NCBI GenBank assembly: GCA_964016885.1
Contig: OZ024760.1
Span: forward strand, 28,644,001-28,708,000
DNA from: Eledone cirrhosa
Taxonomy: Eukaryota
DNA: 64,000 nt
Direction of reading: 5' to 3'
Both the position numbers and the translations under genes were made by a program. Under the pieces are notes generated by a model, which worked only from the letters and a program-made list of their open reading frames with translations, did no database searches and was not told the origin of the DNA. Positions 1 through 13,299 of the stretch are shown here, piece after piece (the stretch's first letter is position 1; each line of letters begins with the position of its first letter).

Positions 1-19
1 ATAATCAATATCTGGAAAA

Positions 20-219
20 NNNNNNNNNNNNNNNNNNNNNNNNNNNNNNNNNNNNNNNNNNNNNNNNNNNNNNNNNNNNNNNNNNNNNNNNNNNNNNNNN
101 NNNNNNNNNNNNNNNNNNNNNNNNNNNNNNNNNNNNNNNNNNNNNNNNNNNNNNNNNNNNNNNNNNNNNNNNNNNNNNNNNNNNNNNNNNNNNNNNNNNN
201 NNNNNNNNNNNNNNNNNNN
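20..219. other. Assembly gap (200 N)
   Basis: Run of N; bases 1-19 match the Helitron interior at ~5911-5929. Confidence 0.99.
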
Positions 220-281
220 TTATTATTTCTGGCAATATTATTACAACAATATGGTCCTCCCCAAGTATAACAATATATATA

Positions 282-510
282 AAACCAAAGATTAATATGG
301 TTCATTGATTACTCAATGAATACAGTTTTACAATAGATTAAAAGCACTCAACAGTAAATTTCCTGGAGTTTTTAATATTATTCAAAATATTAACAAATGA
401 AGATATTCACATAATCAAAATATATACTTTATTATATATATTTCAAAGGTACTGTGTTATTTTTTCAGTACGTCCTCATCAGATAAAATATATGATTTTA
501 TATATGACAC
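282..510 (-). mobile_element. Hammerhead-bearing pLTR-like element, family F1 copy 1
   Basis: Reverse complement of 6815-7024; contains minus-strand hammerhead at 428-488 (TTTAT-CTGATGA-GGACGTACTG..CAGTACCTTT-GAAA-TATATAT-A-ATAAA). Confidence 0.7.
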
Positions 511-525
511 ACCGCTATATATATA

Positions 526-1245
526 TATGATGATGATGATGATCTTGTCGACGATAATTATGACAGTGATAATGATGACGCTGATGGTGATGATGATGAT
601 GATGGTGACAATGATGATGGTGACAATGATGATGATGGCTATGATGGCTATGATGATGGTTATGATGATGGTTATGATGATGGTTATGATGATGGTTATG
701 ATGATGGTTACTCAACCCAGTGTAATTAGCTTCATTACTCTAGTTACTGAAGTAAAACCTCGTTAACTAAGCTCTTAAATTTCCAATATTTAACCTTTTA
801 AAATATCCCAATTCTCCTTTCACAATGAAACACTTTCACTTTAAATTTCACATTCACCCTCTCTCTCTCTCCCTCTCACTCCCCCCTCTATCTCTCTCTC
901 TTACTCTCACACAACCCCCTATATCTCTCTCTCTTACTCCCCCTCTCTCTCTCTCACTCTCTCTCTCTCTCTCTCTCACTCTCTCCTTGTCTCTCTGTCT
1001 CTCTCTCTCTTTCTCTTACTCTCTCTCTCTCTCTCTCTTACTCCCCTCCCTCTCACTCTTACTCTGTCCCTCTCTCTCTCTCTGTCTCCCCCTATCTCTG
1101 CCCCCCCTCTCTCTCTTACGCCCCTCCCTCTCACTCTTACTCCCCCCCTCTCTCTGTCTCCCCCTATCTATGCCCCCCCTCTCTCTCTTACTCTCTCTCT
1201 CGCTTACTCCCCTCTCTCTCCCTGTCTCTCACTCTTACTCTCTCC
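526..1245. repeat. (ATG)n then CT-rich microsatellites
   Basis: Direct simple repeats. Confidence 0.95.
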
Positions 1246-1265
1246 CTGTACATCATTCATAAAAA

Positions 1266-1400
1266 AAAGTTCAAATCCCGCCAAGGTTAACTTTGCCTTT
1301 CATCCTTACAAGATTGATAAAATAAAGTACCAGTAATACACTGGAATCAATTTAACTAACTTTTCCCCTTCAAGTTGTTGGCCTAGAAATCATAATTACT
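1266..1400 (+). mobile_element. Partial Nin-domain-like tRNA SINE
   Basis: GTTCAAATCCCGCC B-box plus GTTAACTTTGCCTTTCATCC..GATAAAATAAAGTACCAG; about 10 more copies in window. Confidence 0.75.
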
Positions 1401-1839
1401 CGCGTTTATGTTTGTTATTTGTGGTTAAAATAAAATATTTTAATTTCAAATGAAACAATCATTTGATGAATTTTATATTTTATTTCTGAAAACAGAAATT
1501 AGAGGAATGAGGATATGTATTGTCTGATGTAACGATAATTATACAAGATGTGTAGCATGCTTCGTTAAATTATATTGTCAAACCTAATTAAAACAGCAGT
1601 TGTTTAATGAAAGAACAATGTAGTTTTTCAGGAGTGTGGTGGGAAGAAATATTACAGAAATATTACATTTAAATGTTTTCACAAACCACAATTATATGTT
1701 ACACTCTCATTTATATAATTATATTGTATATATATATTGAATAATTAATTGTAATTATAATTAATTGTATATATGCCTTAATAAGGAATCTCTATCTCTT
1801 TTTCTTTCTTTCTTTCTTTCTCTCTCTCTCTAATATTAT

Positions 1840-2372
1840 ATATATGTGTGTGTATATATATGTGTGGTATAGATGATAGTAGTATGTGGTGTATAGTATT
1901 TATGAGTGTATAGTATATATAGATAGTAGTATATAGTATACTTGATAGGTGTGTTATAGTAGAGAGTATATATGTATGTATGTATGTGTGTAGTGGTATA
2001 TATATGATGTAGTATAGTGTAGTGTAGTATATAGTATAGTATAGTATAGTGAGCTTACTGATATAGTAGTGTGAGAGTGTAGTATAGTGTATGTATGAGT
2101 ATATAGTAGTACAGTATAGTAGTTATGATAGAGTAGAGTATAGTACATGAATAGTAGTAGTGTGAGTATAGTATAGTAGTATAGTAGTGAGTATGTATGA
2201 GTGAGTACTAGATATAGTATAGTAGTACAGTAGATATAGTATGATATATATATATATATACATAGATATATATATATGAATGAGAGTGCTATGTAGTATA
2301 GTGATATGATAGTATAGTAGTAGTATAGATACAGTATAGTGAGTAGTACATAGATAGTATATATACATATAT

Positions 2373-2422
<50 letters not shown>

Positions 2423-2499
2423 CATATAGTATATATATAGTATACAGATATATAGTTATATATTAGTATATATAGTATAGTAGTATATATATTAGTATA

Positions 2500-2533
<34 letters not shown>

Positions 2534-2690
2534 CATAATATATAATACATATATCATATATAATATACATATATATATACATACATATATATATACATAT
2601 ATATATATAGTATATATATACATATATAGTAGTATACATATATATATATATATATAGATATATATATAGTATACTATAATATAGATATAC

Positions 2691-2723
<33 letters not shown>

Positions 2724-2787
2724 GTATATATATATATACATACATATATACATACATATATATATACATATATATATGTATACATAC

Positions 2788-2826
<39 letters not shown>

Positions 2827-2872
2827 CATACATATATATATATATATTACATACATATATATATATACATAC

Positions 2873-2903
<31 letters not shown>

Positions 2904-3018
2904 CATACATATATATATATACATACATATATATATATACATACATATATATATATATATATATACATACATATATATATATATACATATGTATGTATAT
3001 ATATATATATATATATAC

Positions 3019-3077
<59 letters not shown>

Positions 3078-3080
3078 CGT

Positions 3081-3149
<69 letters not shown>

Positions 3150-3156
3150 CATACAT

Positions 3157-3195
<39 letters not shown>

Positions 3196-3237
3196 CATAT
3201 ACATATATATATATATATATATACATACATACATACA

Positions 3238-3269
<32 letters not shown>

Positions 3270-3845
3270 CATACATAAAGGAGCTCTTAAGAGTCAATGG
3301 CCATCCAAAATCACCGGGAGAGATGACCCCTTAGCCTTTGTCAAGGCAGAATTCTAGGAGAAGGAAAACTCTGATATAACACCTGCAACCCTGATGGTAT
3401 CCAATGATGTTGACTTGTTCTTCTTTTTGGTAAATATCATCTTGGTTAAGAGAGTGGGACTGGCTTTGTGCAGTGCCTTTGCTCACTATAAAAGCTTCAC
3501 GGCATAGGCATTGCTTTATATCTGGAGATCTCTCTGCACTTGTCGTCACATGGTACCATGGGCCCAGCACCATGTGTCAGTAATTGTCACAAGTGTAGTG
3601 TTTGTACCAGAGTTTTCAAGTCACACTCGTTCAGCGCATCGGTAGGGGTTCTCCTACATGTATATAAAGTAGTGGGCGTACTCGAAAACGAGTTGGCAGC
3701 CACCATGTATATATATATATGTATGTATGTATATATATATATATATGTATGTATGTATGTATGTATATATGTATGTATGTATATATGTATGTATATATGT
3801 ATGTATGTATATATGTATATATATATATGTATGTGTATATATGTA

Positions 3846-3879
<34 letters not shown>

Positions 3880-3921
3880 TATATATGTATGTATATATGT
3901 GTATATATATATATATGTGTA

Positions 3922-3954
<33 letters not shown>

Positions 3955-3959
3955 GTGTA

Positions 3960-4004
<45 letters not shown>

Positions 4005-4006
4005 GT

Positions 4007-4065
<59 letters not shown>

Positions 4066-4069
4066 TATG

Positions 4070-4114
<45 letters not shown>

Positions 4115-4200
4115 GTATATATATATATGTATATATATATATGTATATATATATATGTATGTATATATATATATGTATGTATATATATATATGTATGTAT

Positions 4201-4234
<34 letters not shown>

Positions 4235-4361
4235 GTATATATATATATGTATGTATATATGTATGTATATATATATGTATGTATATATATATATGTATGT
4301 ATATATGTATGTATGTATATATATATATGTATGTATATATATGTATATATATGTATGTATG

Positions 4362-4438
<77 letters not shown>

Positions 4439-4540
4439 GTATGTATATATATGTATGTATATGTATGTATATATATGTATATATATGTATATATATGTAT
4501 GTATATATATGTATATATATATATGTATGTATATATATGT

Positions 4541-4580
<40 letters not shown>

Positions 4581-4985
4581 GTATATATATATATGTATAT
4601 ATATATATGTATGTATATATATGTATATATATATATATGTATATATATATATGTATGTATATATATGTATATATATATATGTATATTATATATATGTATA
4701 TATATATATGTATGTATATATATGTATATATATATATGTATATATATATATGTATGTATATATATGTATATATATATATGTATATACTATATATGTATGT
4801 ATATATATGTATATATATAATATGTATATATATATATGTATGTATATATATGTATATATATAATATGTATATATATGTATATATATATATATGTAATATA
4901 TATATATGTAATGTATATATATGTATATATATATATGTATATATATGTATATATATATATGTATATATATATATGTATGTATATA

Positions 4986-5021
<36 letters not shown>

Positions 5022-5047
5022 TGTATGTATGTATGTATGTATGTATG

Positions 5048-5088
<41 letters not shown>

Positions 5089-5465
5089 TACATATATGTA
5101 TGTACATATATATATGTATGTATATATATGTATTGTATATACATATATGTATGTATATATATGTAATGTACTACTATACTATATACTATGTACTATATCA
5201 GTACTGTACTACTATACTATACTATACTATATATGTAAGTATATATATATATATGTATGTATGTATATGTATGTATGTATGTATGTATATATGTATGTAT
5301 GTATATATATGTATGTATGTATATATATGTATGTATGTATATATATGTATGTATGTATATAATATATATATGTATGTATGTATGATACTATATATATGTA
5401 TGTACTGTATACTATATATATGTATGTATGTATATATGTATATACTATATATGTATATATATATG
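1840..5465. repeat. (TA)n/(TAG)n/(TATG)n microsatellite block interrupted at 3278-3705
   Basis: Simple repeats; source of the Y/I/M/C pseudo-ORFs. Confidence 0.95.
3278..3706 (+). mobile_element. Degraded 3' end of RTE-like LINE with C-terminal C2H2 finger
   Basis: [12 protein letters not shown]...; longer copy at 41920-42136 reads [25 protein letters not shown]. Confidence 0.6.
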
Positions 5466-5607
5466 ACTTGGCCTTATCCAATTACAAGTACTGAGCAGTA
5501 GCTCAATTAAAATACCAAATATCACTACAGAGCTGAAACTCTACCAAAGAGTCGTTTATAAAGTATATATATACTATATACTATATATTATTCAAAATAT
5601 TAATAAA

Positions 5608-6658
5608 CTAGCAGAGGTACCCGGCGTTGCTCGGGTATTAAATAGCAGTTGTGTATACCATTTATGTCAATACTTCAGTGCTGCTTCGAAAACTATACTT
5701 TTACAAAATCATTGGCTTTTTCCAAAAGGGGGTTCCTGCCCCCAGGGGTCCCCTACTCAATATGTGCCAATTCTGAGAGTTCACATTCATCTGCAGGACA
5801 AACGTAGCCCATGTGTCAAGTTTTGTGAAAACGTTTTGTTGCATTGCACTGCAGTGCTTCAGTCGACTCCAAGGAAGTGGTTAAAGGGGGTTATCTGCCG
5901 GGGGGCCCTATAATCAATATCTGGAAAAATGAAAGTGCCCATGACCATCCGGAGTACATAAGTAACCTATCGCTTAAGTTTGGTGAAAATACTGTAGAAA
6001 TGCATAAGGGTTATACATACGCGTGCGTGCGTGTGTGTGTGTGTGTGTGTTTGTGGGTGTATATGTATTTGTGTGTGCGTATGTATGTGTATGTCCGTCG
6101 GGGCATACGTATGTACTGGCCTAAATCTTCACTATTTACTTTTACTATTTTAATAACCTCTGTCATTTTCGTTTTCAATTTTATTTACATCATTCTTAAA
6201 CTCCGGGGCTGGAAATCATTCTGTTATTTTAAATAGAATATTAGTCTAACGACTCCATTTATACCATAAACTTGGTCTTGTCTTTGCATGAAATTGTTCT
6301 TCTCGCCCCACATAACGACGTATTATCCTCGCTTTTTTCCTGTTTATTGCCAGGGAACGTCTTCACGAACCAAAATATTGTCTTCCTGTTTTCGTCCGGT
6401 TGCAACGTTTCTTGAAATATTTACTTCTGCGTTCACAGATTACTCTCAGTTCAATTTGAATGGGAAATTCCTATTTCATCGATTTTCTCCGTAACCATGG
6501 AAGCTTGTAGCTTGAAAGTCGACCCAACGCCTCCTCGGGTCATTCTGCATAACTGTGTAAATTTTCGCTGCATTCCACCAAGCCGTTTTGACATTTATCC
6601 GACTACACCTACTTACTTAAATATACAACGTCCGATGACTTCCAATTTATATAGTAGA
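5608..6658 (-). mobile_element. Non-autonomous Helitron
   Basis: Minus strand: A|TCTACTATATAAA 5' end; 3' hairpin CCCGAGCAACGCCGGG then CTAG|T; no TSD; uninterrupted target sequence present at ~378-420. Confidence 0.85.
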
Positions 6659-6687
6659 TGAAGACATTCACATAATCAAAATATATG

Positions 6688-6749
6688 TTTTATTATATAT
6701 ATTTCGAAGGTACTGTGCTGTTTTTTCAGTACTTCTTCGTCAGATAAAA
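6688..6749 (-). ncRNA. Minimal type I hammerhead ribozyme (F1)
   Basis: UUUUAU-CUGACGA-AGAAGUACUG/CAGUACCUUC-GAAA-UAUAUAU-A-AUAAAA. Confidence 0.75.
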
Positions 6750-6817
6750 TACATGTATTGATGTATGACATACCTCAACAGTCTTGATGGTTCAATTCCA
6801 GTATTGGCAGTCATGTA

Positions 6818-6879
6818 TATTATCTGACGAGGACATACTGAAAAAACAGCACAGTACCTCTGAAATATATATAATAAAA
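6818..6879 (+). ncRNA. Minimal type I hammerhead ribozyme (F1, inverted partner)
   Basis: CTGACGA at 6824, GAAA at 6862, palindromic TA stem III. Confidence 0.65.
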
Positions 6880-7044
6880 CATATATTTTGATTACGTGAA
6901 TGTCTTCATTTATTAATATTTTGAATAATATTAATAACTCCAGAAAACTTCCTTGTAGAGTGCTTTTAATCTATTGTAAAACTATATTCATTGAGTAATT
7001 AATGAACCATATTAATCTTTGGTTATATATATATATATATATAT

Positions 7045-7345
7045 CATCATCATCATTTTACATCTGCTTTTCCCTGCTTGCAAGGGCGGAACAGGTCCTA
7101 TACTCCATTCGTCACAGTCCTTTGTCATCTCCACCGCGAGCTTAAATAATCTGAGGTCTGCTCTCACCACCTCCACCCATGTTTTTTGTGGTTTTTCTCT
7201 ACTGCGTCTCCTTTCCACTGGGATTTCTCGGCACTTCTCTACCCAGTAGTCATCCTTCATGCGCATCACATGTCCATACCAATGCAGTCTTCTCTCCCAC
7301 ACACTACAGTTTATCCCTCTTATACACAGTTTCTCTCTCAACTCA
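7045..7345 (-). mobile_element. RTE LINE 3' fragment
   Basis: LHWYGHVMRM..WVEKCREI..KPQKTW.EVVRADL; tail CTTGCAAGCAGGGAAAAG..GTAAAATGATGATG. Confidence 0.85.
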
Positions 7346-7355
7346 TCTATGTATA

Positions 7356-8452
7356 TCTATATATATAAAACTGTAGTTGTCTGTGTGTGTCCTCATTTTT
7401 GCAAAGTCTATACAAATCAACATTTCTACTCCGATTGACTTCAAACTTGCATTTATATATTCCTTGCGGTCTAAAGATATTAACTGCAGCTTTTATTTTT
7501 CAATTTTCTGTTGTTAAAGGGGTGTTAGGCACCGATTATCCATCTCCGTAGCGCTCTTATAATATCTGTCTGTATGCCTGGCTGTCTGCATTACGACATT
7601 CTGACGAACATTGATGACGTATTATGGTCCGCTATTATCCGTTCATTCCCGGGGAACGTCTTCACGAACCAAAGTATCGTCTTCCTGTTTTCCTTCGGCT
7701 GCAATGTTTTTCGAAATATTTACTTCTGCGATCACAGATTGATGTTTTTAGTTTCAAAAGATCCCATTAAAGGTGAAAGCAACGATTCTTTGCTTAAACT
7801 TTAATCTGTTATTTTAATCTATATATGTATATATATAAAACTGAGGAAGGATGTATATATATATATGTGTGTGTGTGTGTGTGAAACCCGAGAAGTACCC
7901 AACCAATTTTTTCAAACTTTACATGTGTATTACTTATGTTTCAGGTAGTGTTATGCACATAAAATTCAACCTTTTGATCCCCTAGGGCCCGCATTAGGTG
8001 AAAAACTGCGTTTTTTCAGCTTTTTAGGGGTTTTTTGAGGCGTTACGTCAGACCGATTTCCTTGAAATTGTAACTATGTATTAGTCAGTCTCTTCTTCAT
8101 ACCGCGAGCAAAGAAAATCCAACTTTCTTATGGCATTTGGTGAAAAACTTCATTTTTTCAGCTTTTTAGGGCTTTTTTGAAGCGTTACGTTTAGCTGATT
8201 TTCCCGAAATTTCAAGGCATATTATGCACATAAAAATAAATTCATTTTCTTGATCCCCTAGGGACTGCATTAGGTGAAAACTTGCATTTTTCCTTCTTCA
8301 TCGAGGAAAATCTTAAAGATTATCCAGCCATCAGAGTATTTGGTTTATTTTCTTTACATATTGTCAATACATGCAGTTTTTCACGATTAGGTCTGTTGGC
8401 GGCTCGCGTTCCAAAATACCTTATCCCGTGCAATGCTGGGTACCACTGCAAG
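7356..8452 (+). mobile_element. Composite non-autonomous Helitron(s) with two 5' ends (7356, 7818)
   Basis: A|TCTATATATATAAAACTG starts; 3' CCCGTGCAATGCTGGGTACCACTGCAAG|T resembles the 5608 terminus; 7818-8400 matches the reverse complement of 29066-29571. Confidence 0.7.
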
Positions 8453-8484
<32 letters not shown>

Positions 8485-8849
8485 TATATATATGTGGCCA
8501 CTTGATTATGTAATCGTTCACGCGATCTCATCAGACACCAACATTAAGTAGAAATGTTAGGTTTCCAAGGCAATGCAAGGGAACAGACAAAAAATTATGT
8601 TTTTGTTGGGGTCCTCTGTTCCCATGTGAGATTCTGTACACCTCTGCAGCTTTGCGCAGGTACAAACATGAAGGATGTCGACCACCTAACTACCACCCAA
8701 TTCACTGCTATCCCTGGTGAGTCTCCCCATACGCCCAGTTCCCCACCACTTCAGTTAGCAACATGACATTGCTACAGAGTTCAATTCAGCCAGAGTTTTT
8801 GTTTATTGCTAATTTCAGTTTCCAGCAGTTTATCTATCTATCTATCAAT

Positions 8850-9381
8850 GGACCACAGAGTCCATTATTGCGATCAAACCGCCACCTTCCTTCAAAACGA
8901 AGGAGAGGCGGTTTTCCTCTGTGTAGTGGCTATGGTGAAAGCGGCTATATGGTGGACGAGACTGAAAGGGCTGAGGTCGGACACCTTTCTCTCCGGGGAA
9001 CAACTGGTTCGCTTCTTCAAATATCATTTTAGAAGAAGAATCAGAGTGGAGAGAGAGGTGCTGCACCCCAGCAAATTTGACGAAGGATGGGTGAATGTGA
9101 CAAGGATGGACCGAGTGGTTGGGCCTTCTCTTTATATAAGCCTGTAGGTCGAGGAAGAAGAGGAAGAGAGGAGAGGAGTGCTCGCTCTTCGTGCTCCTGG
9201 AGATGAGCGTTGTACATTTTTTCAGGGTGTATGCAACCCATTTGTAACGCCTCCCCCTATTGGAGATTTCGTTTTTTTTTTTATTTATCATTTTTGTTAT
9301 ACATTTTTACACGCCTTGTATGTAAACTGCCCAATTGTATTTGTCCCCATCTTTTGCGCCCTTGTGACAAATAAAGAAATA
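8850..9381 (+). mobile_element. 5'-truncated Tx1/L1-like LINE (ORF2 C-terminus + 3'UTR)
   Basis: KAAIWWTRLKG..FFKYHFRRRIRVER..W motif; AATAAA; flanking direct repeat TATCTATCAAT at 8839-8849 and 9382-9392. Confidence 0.7.
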
Positions 9382-9637
9382 TATCTATCAATATAATCTG
9401 AGTTTTTCAAATATTAATAAATAACATTCGATTCGTTTGCAATTATGCAAACAAGCCTCAATATTATAGCCTTGTCAGTAGAATGAACCCTTCATTCTTG
9501 CTCTTGTGTTGGCATGTGAACAGAACTGCAGATACTAATGTTTCTGAGTATCCCCCCTTCATCAGTACAGCTCAGTGTTCACCTGCTAAACTGTCAGAGC
9601 TAGTGAAAATATATTGGTATTTTCAAAAATACACAGT

Positions 9638-9745
9638 GACTGATCAGCTTGATTTGCATATTAGCAGACTGGCTGATCAGTCAGATCTGCATATTAGCAG
9701 ATCCACTGATCAGCCAGATTTGCATATCAGCAGACTGGCCAGTCA
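9638..9745 (+). repeat. Three ~33-bp tandem units
   Basis: CTGATCAG(C/T)CAGAT(T/C)TGCATAT(T/C)AGCAGA repeated. Confidence 0.8.
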
Positions 9746-9797
9746 GTTTCCTGTATACGGGCGATAAATGGCCGGCTTTGCCAAATTCAAATATAAT

Positions 9798-9912
<115 letters not shown>

Positions 9913-9923
9913 TCTCCTCTCCT

Positions 9924-10007
<84 letters not shown>

Positions 10008-10566
10008 CCTTGAATGGGTGAGCTTATAAACTGAGTGGGATAAGGCTATTATTTCTAGCATAACTTTTCATACCACGTATAGCATGCAGACCACGAGGGA
10101 CATATCTTTGGTCCTCAAATTGCTGTGAGAGGTGTTTTGTTTCATTGATCTATCTCTCGCTGATGATAGCCTACAGATTATCTGTTACAAGCAACAATTT
10201 TTTCAGGGCGAATCAGATTGAGTCTAAAATCTGTCCGAGAGATGAAATGTTTTTGATACGGTCAGTATAAAATTAATATATCATACTGTATGGTTAAAAC
10301 ATTAGTGGTATCTTATACCCTCGTAATTTTAGACACGAGATTTACTGTGTTTATTTATATATATATATTTTTTTTTGTTTTTAAAATCCAAATTCAATAA
10401 ACAGACCAGGATTTTTTCATTCTGATGATTGAAAGCAACATTTTTTGCTTTTAAGAAACCACTGGTAAATGGAATAATTGCCTTATGTTGTTTATTACAT
10501 AACTATTAAGCTCTGTTACCTACATAGAGCACTCTTTTTTCCTGGACTTTTCCGACGGAATTACTT

Positions 10567-10621
<55 letters not shown>

Positions 10622-10645
10622 TATATATATAATGTGTGTGTGTGT

Positions 10646-10838
10646 AAAAGGTAAACAGAAAATAACAACACAATTGGTACAGTATATGGAAGGTATATAT
10701 TAGGTCAACGCTTGATATAGCAGGAAGAAGTCTTAGCGTTTCGGACGCTAGTCCTTCATCAGAAGAAAGAATGAGAAATAAAATAGATTGAGGGGACGGG
10801 TGGTTTGGAATTGGAAAAAATGTCTTTAGATAAAAATA
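10646..10838 (-). mobile_element. ~190-bp hammerhead element, family F2 copy 1
   Basis: Hammerhead-like motif 10731-10766 (UCUU-CUGAUGAA-GGAC UAGC GUCC-GAAACGCU-AAGA); homologous to 29588-29780 and 49144-49328. Confidence 0.75.
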
Positions 10839-11259
10839 ACAGGTCCATTCATGTTGACATCTCTTGCAAAACTGTTGGTGCTGGCATATATATATATCAT
10901 CATTGTCATATTTAACGTCCATCTTCCACGCTAGCATGGATTAGATGGGTTTGTCCCCATCTATGTCCTGTGGCCTGAGGTAATTAAGCAGGTGCCCCTG
11001 TTTCCAGGATGACCCCCAAGCCCTGTGCATTCACACTGCCTATTGTGAGTGAGGTCATGATTGTTTTAGAAGAGGAGAAAGTGGGGAAGGCCACTTACTT
11101 TAGATTTTGGGGAGGACGGACAGTAGTTCCATCCTTCAGGGTTTTTTTTTTTGGAGGGGGGGGAGGGGGCTCCAAAGCCGAAATGTCTGTGTAGATTCGT
11201 TTGGAGATTGTTCCCTTGAAGTTCCCAATTGAATCTGGGAATTTGAATAATAATAATAA

Positions 11260-11650
11260 TAATTGTTTCTACTTTTTGGCACAAGGCCAGCAATCACCCA
11301 GCGTATTACTGGTACTTTATTTTATCAACCCCCGTAAGGATGAAAGGCGGGATTTGAACTCAGTCCTGTAAAGCGCCATAACTCTATGGGTCAAAGCATG
11401 GCGTCCGACCCTCTACCGATACGGCCAATCACAGCTATTTTAATAAAATAATGGTTTCTGATATGGGCACAAGGCCAGCAATTTTGGAAGCAGGGGGAAA
11501 GTTGATTAAATCAACCTCAGTGCATTACTGGTACTTTATTTTATCGACCCTGCAAAAGATGAAAGGCTAAGTTATCCTTGGCAGGATTTAAACTCAGATC
11601 ATAAAGGGCCGTAACTCTATGCTGTAGAGCATGGCATCTGACCCACTCTA
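11260..11650 (-). mobile_element. Two Nin-domain-like SINE copies
   Basis: Reverse complement of the SINE at 27023-27210. Confidence 0.75.
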
Positions 11651-11714
11651 CCGATAATAATAAATTATAACTTGTCTGTTAGATGTTGAAATATGTTTGT
11701 TTTGATTGTAATTT

Positions 11715-12784
<1,070 letters not shown>

Positions 12785-13094
12785 GCTTGTTACTTCTTCA
12801 CATTTCACTTTATTGCCAAAAATACTCCATTTCTTAGCTAAATTCTTTCTTGAGAGAAAGTATTCTACAAGAACACCAGAAATATATTTGTTTTACCTGT
12901 GAAACAGGTGTAAAAAAATGGGTAGAAAAGAATAAATAGATAAATAAATACATAGAAAAATATTAAATAATAAAGAAGAAGAAGGAAGATATTAGGCTTT
13001 CTTCCAAAGTGAGATATTAAGGTAAAAATCTCAGGTACTTCTAGAATGTTTTGACTCATAAAAACTGACATGTAATATTGTTACCTGTATAAAA

Positions 13095-13282
13095 GTGGTG
13101 GATTGGCAGTATCAGTAGAGGGTCTGACGCCATGCTTTTCAGCATACAGTTATGGCCCTTTACAGTCCAAATCTCGCTGAGGTTAACTTTACCTTTCATC
13201 CTTATAGGGTGATAAAATAAAGTACCAGTAATACACTGGGTAAATTGCTGGCCTTGTGCCAAAATTAGAAACAATTATTATT
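13095..13282 (+). mobile_element. Nin-domain-like tRNA SINE
   Basis: TGGCAGTATCAGTAGAG A-box-like head, Nin-like core, GGCCTTGTGCCAAAA tail. Confidence 0.75.
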
Positions 13283-13299
13283 ACCTGTATAGTACTTGT

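Noticed and set aside
8650-8716. Possible small exon (TGCAG|...|GTGAGT)
   Set aside because: Splice-like signals only; no recognisable peptide or partner exons.
10420-10436. CTGATGATTGAAA as a hammerhead; also CTGAAGA at 40300, 42648 and 43147
   Set aside because: No stem II or no correctly placed GAAA/stem I partner.
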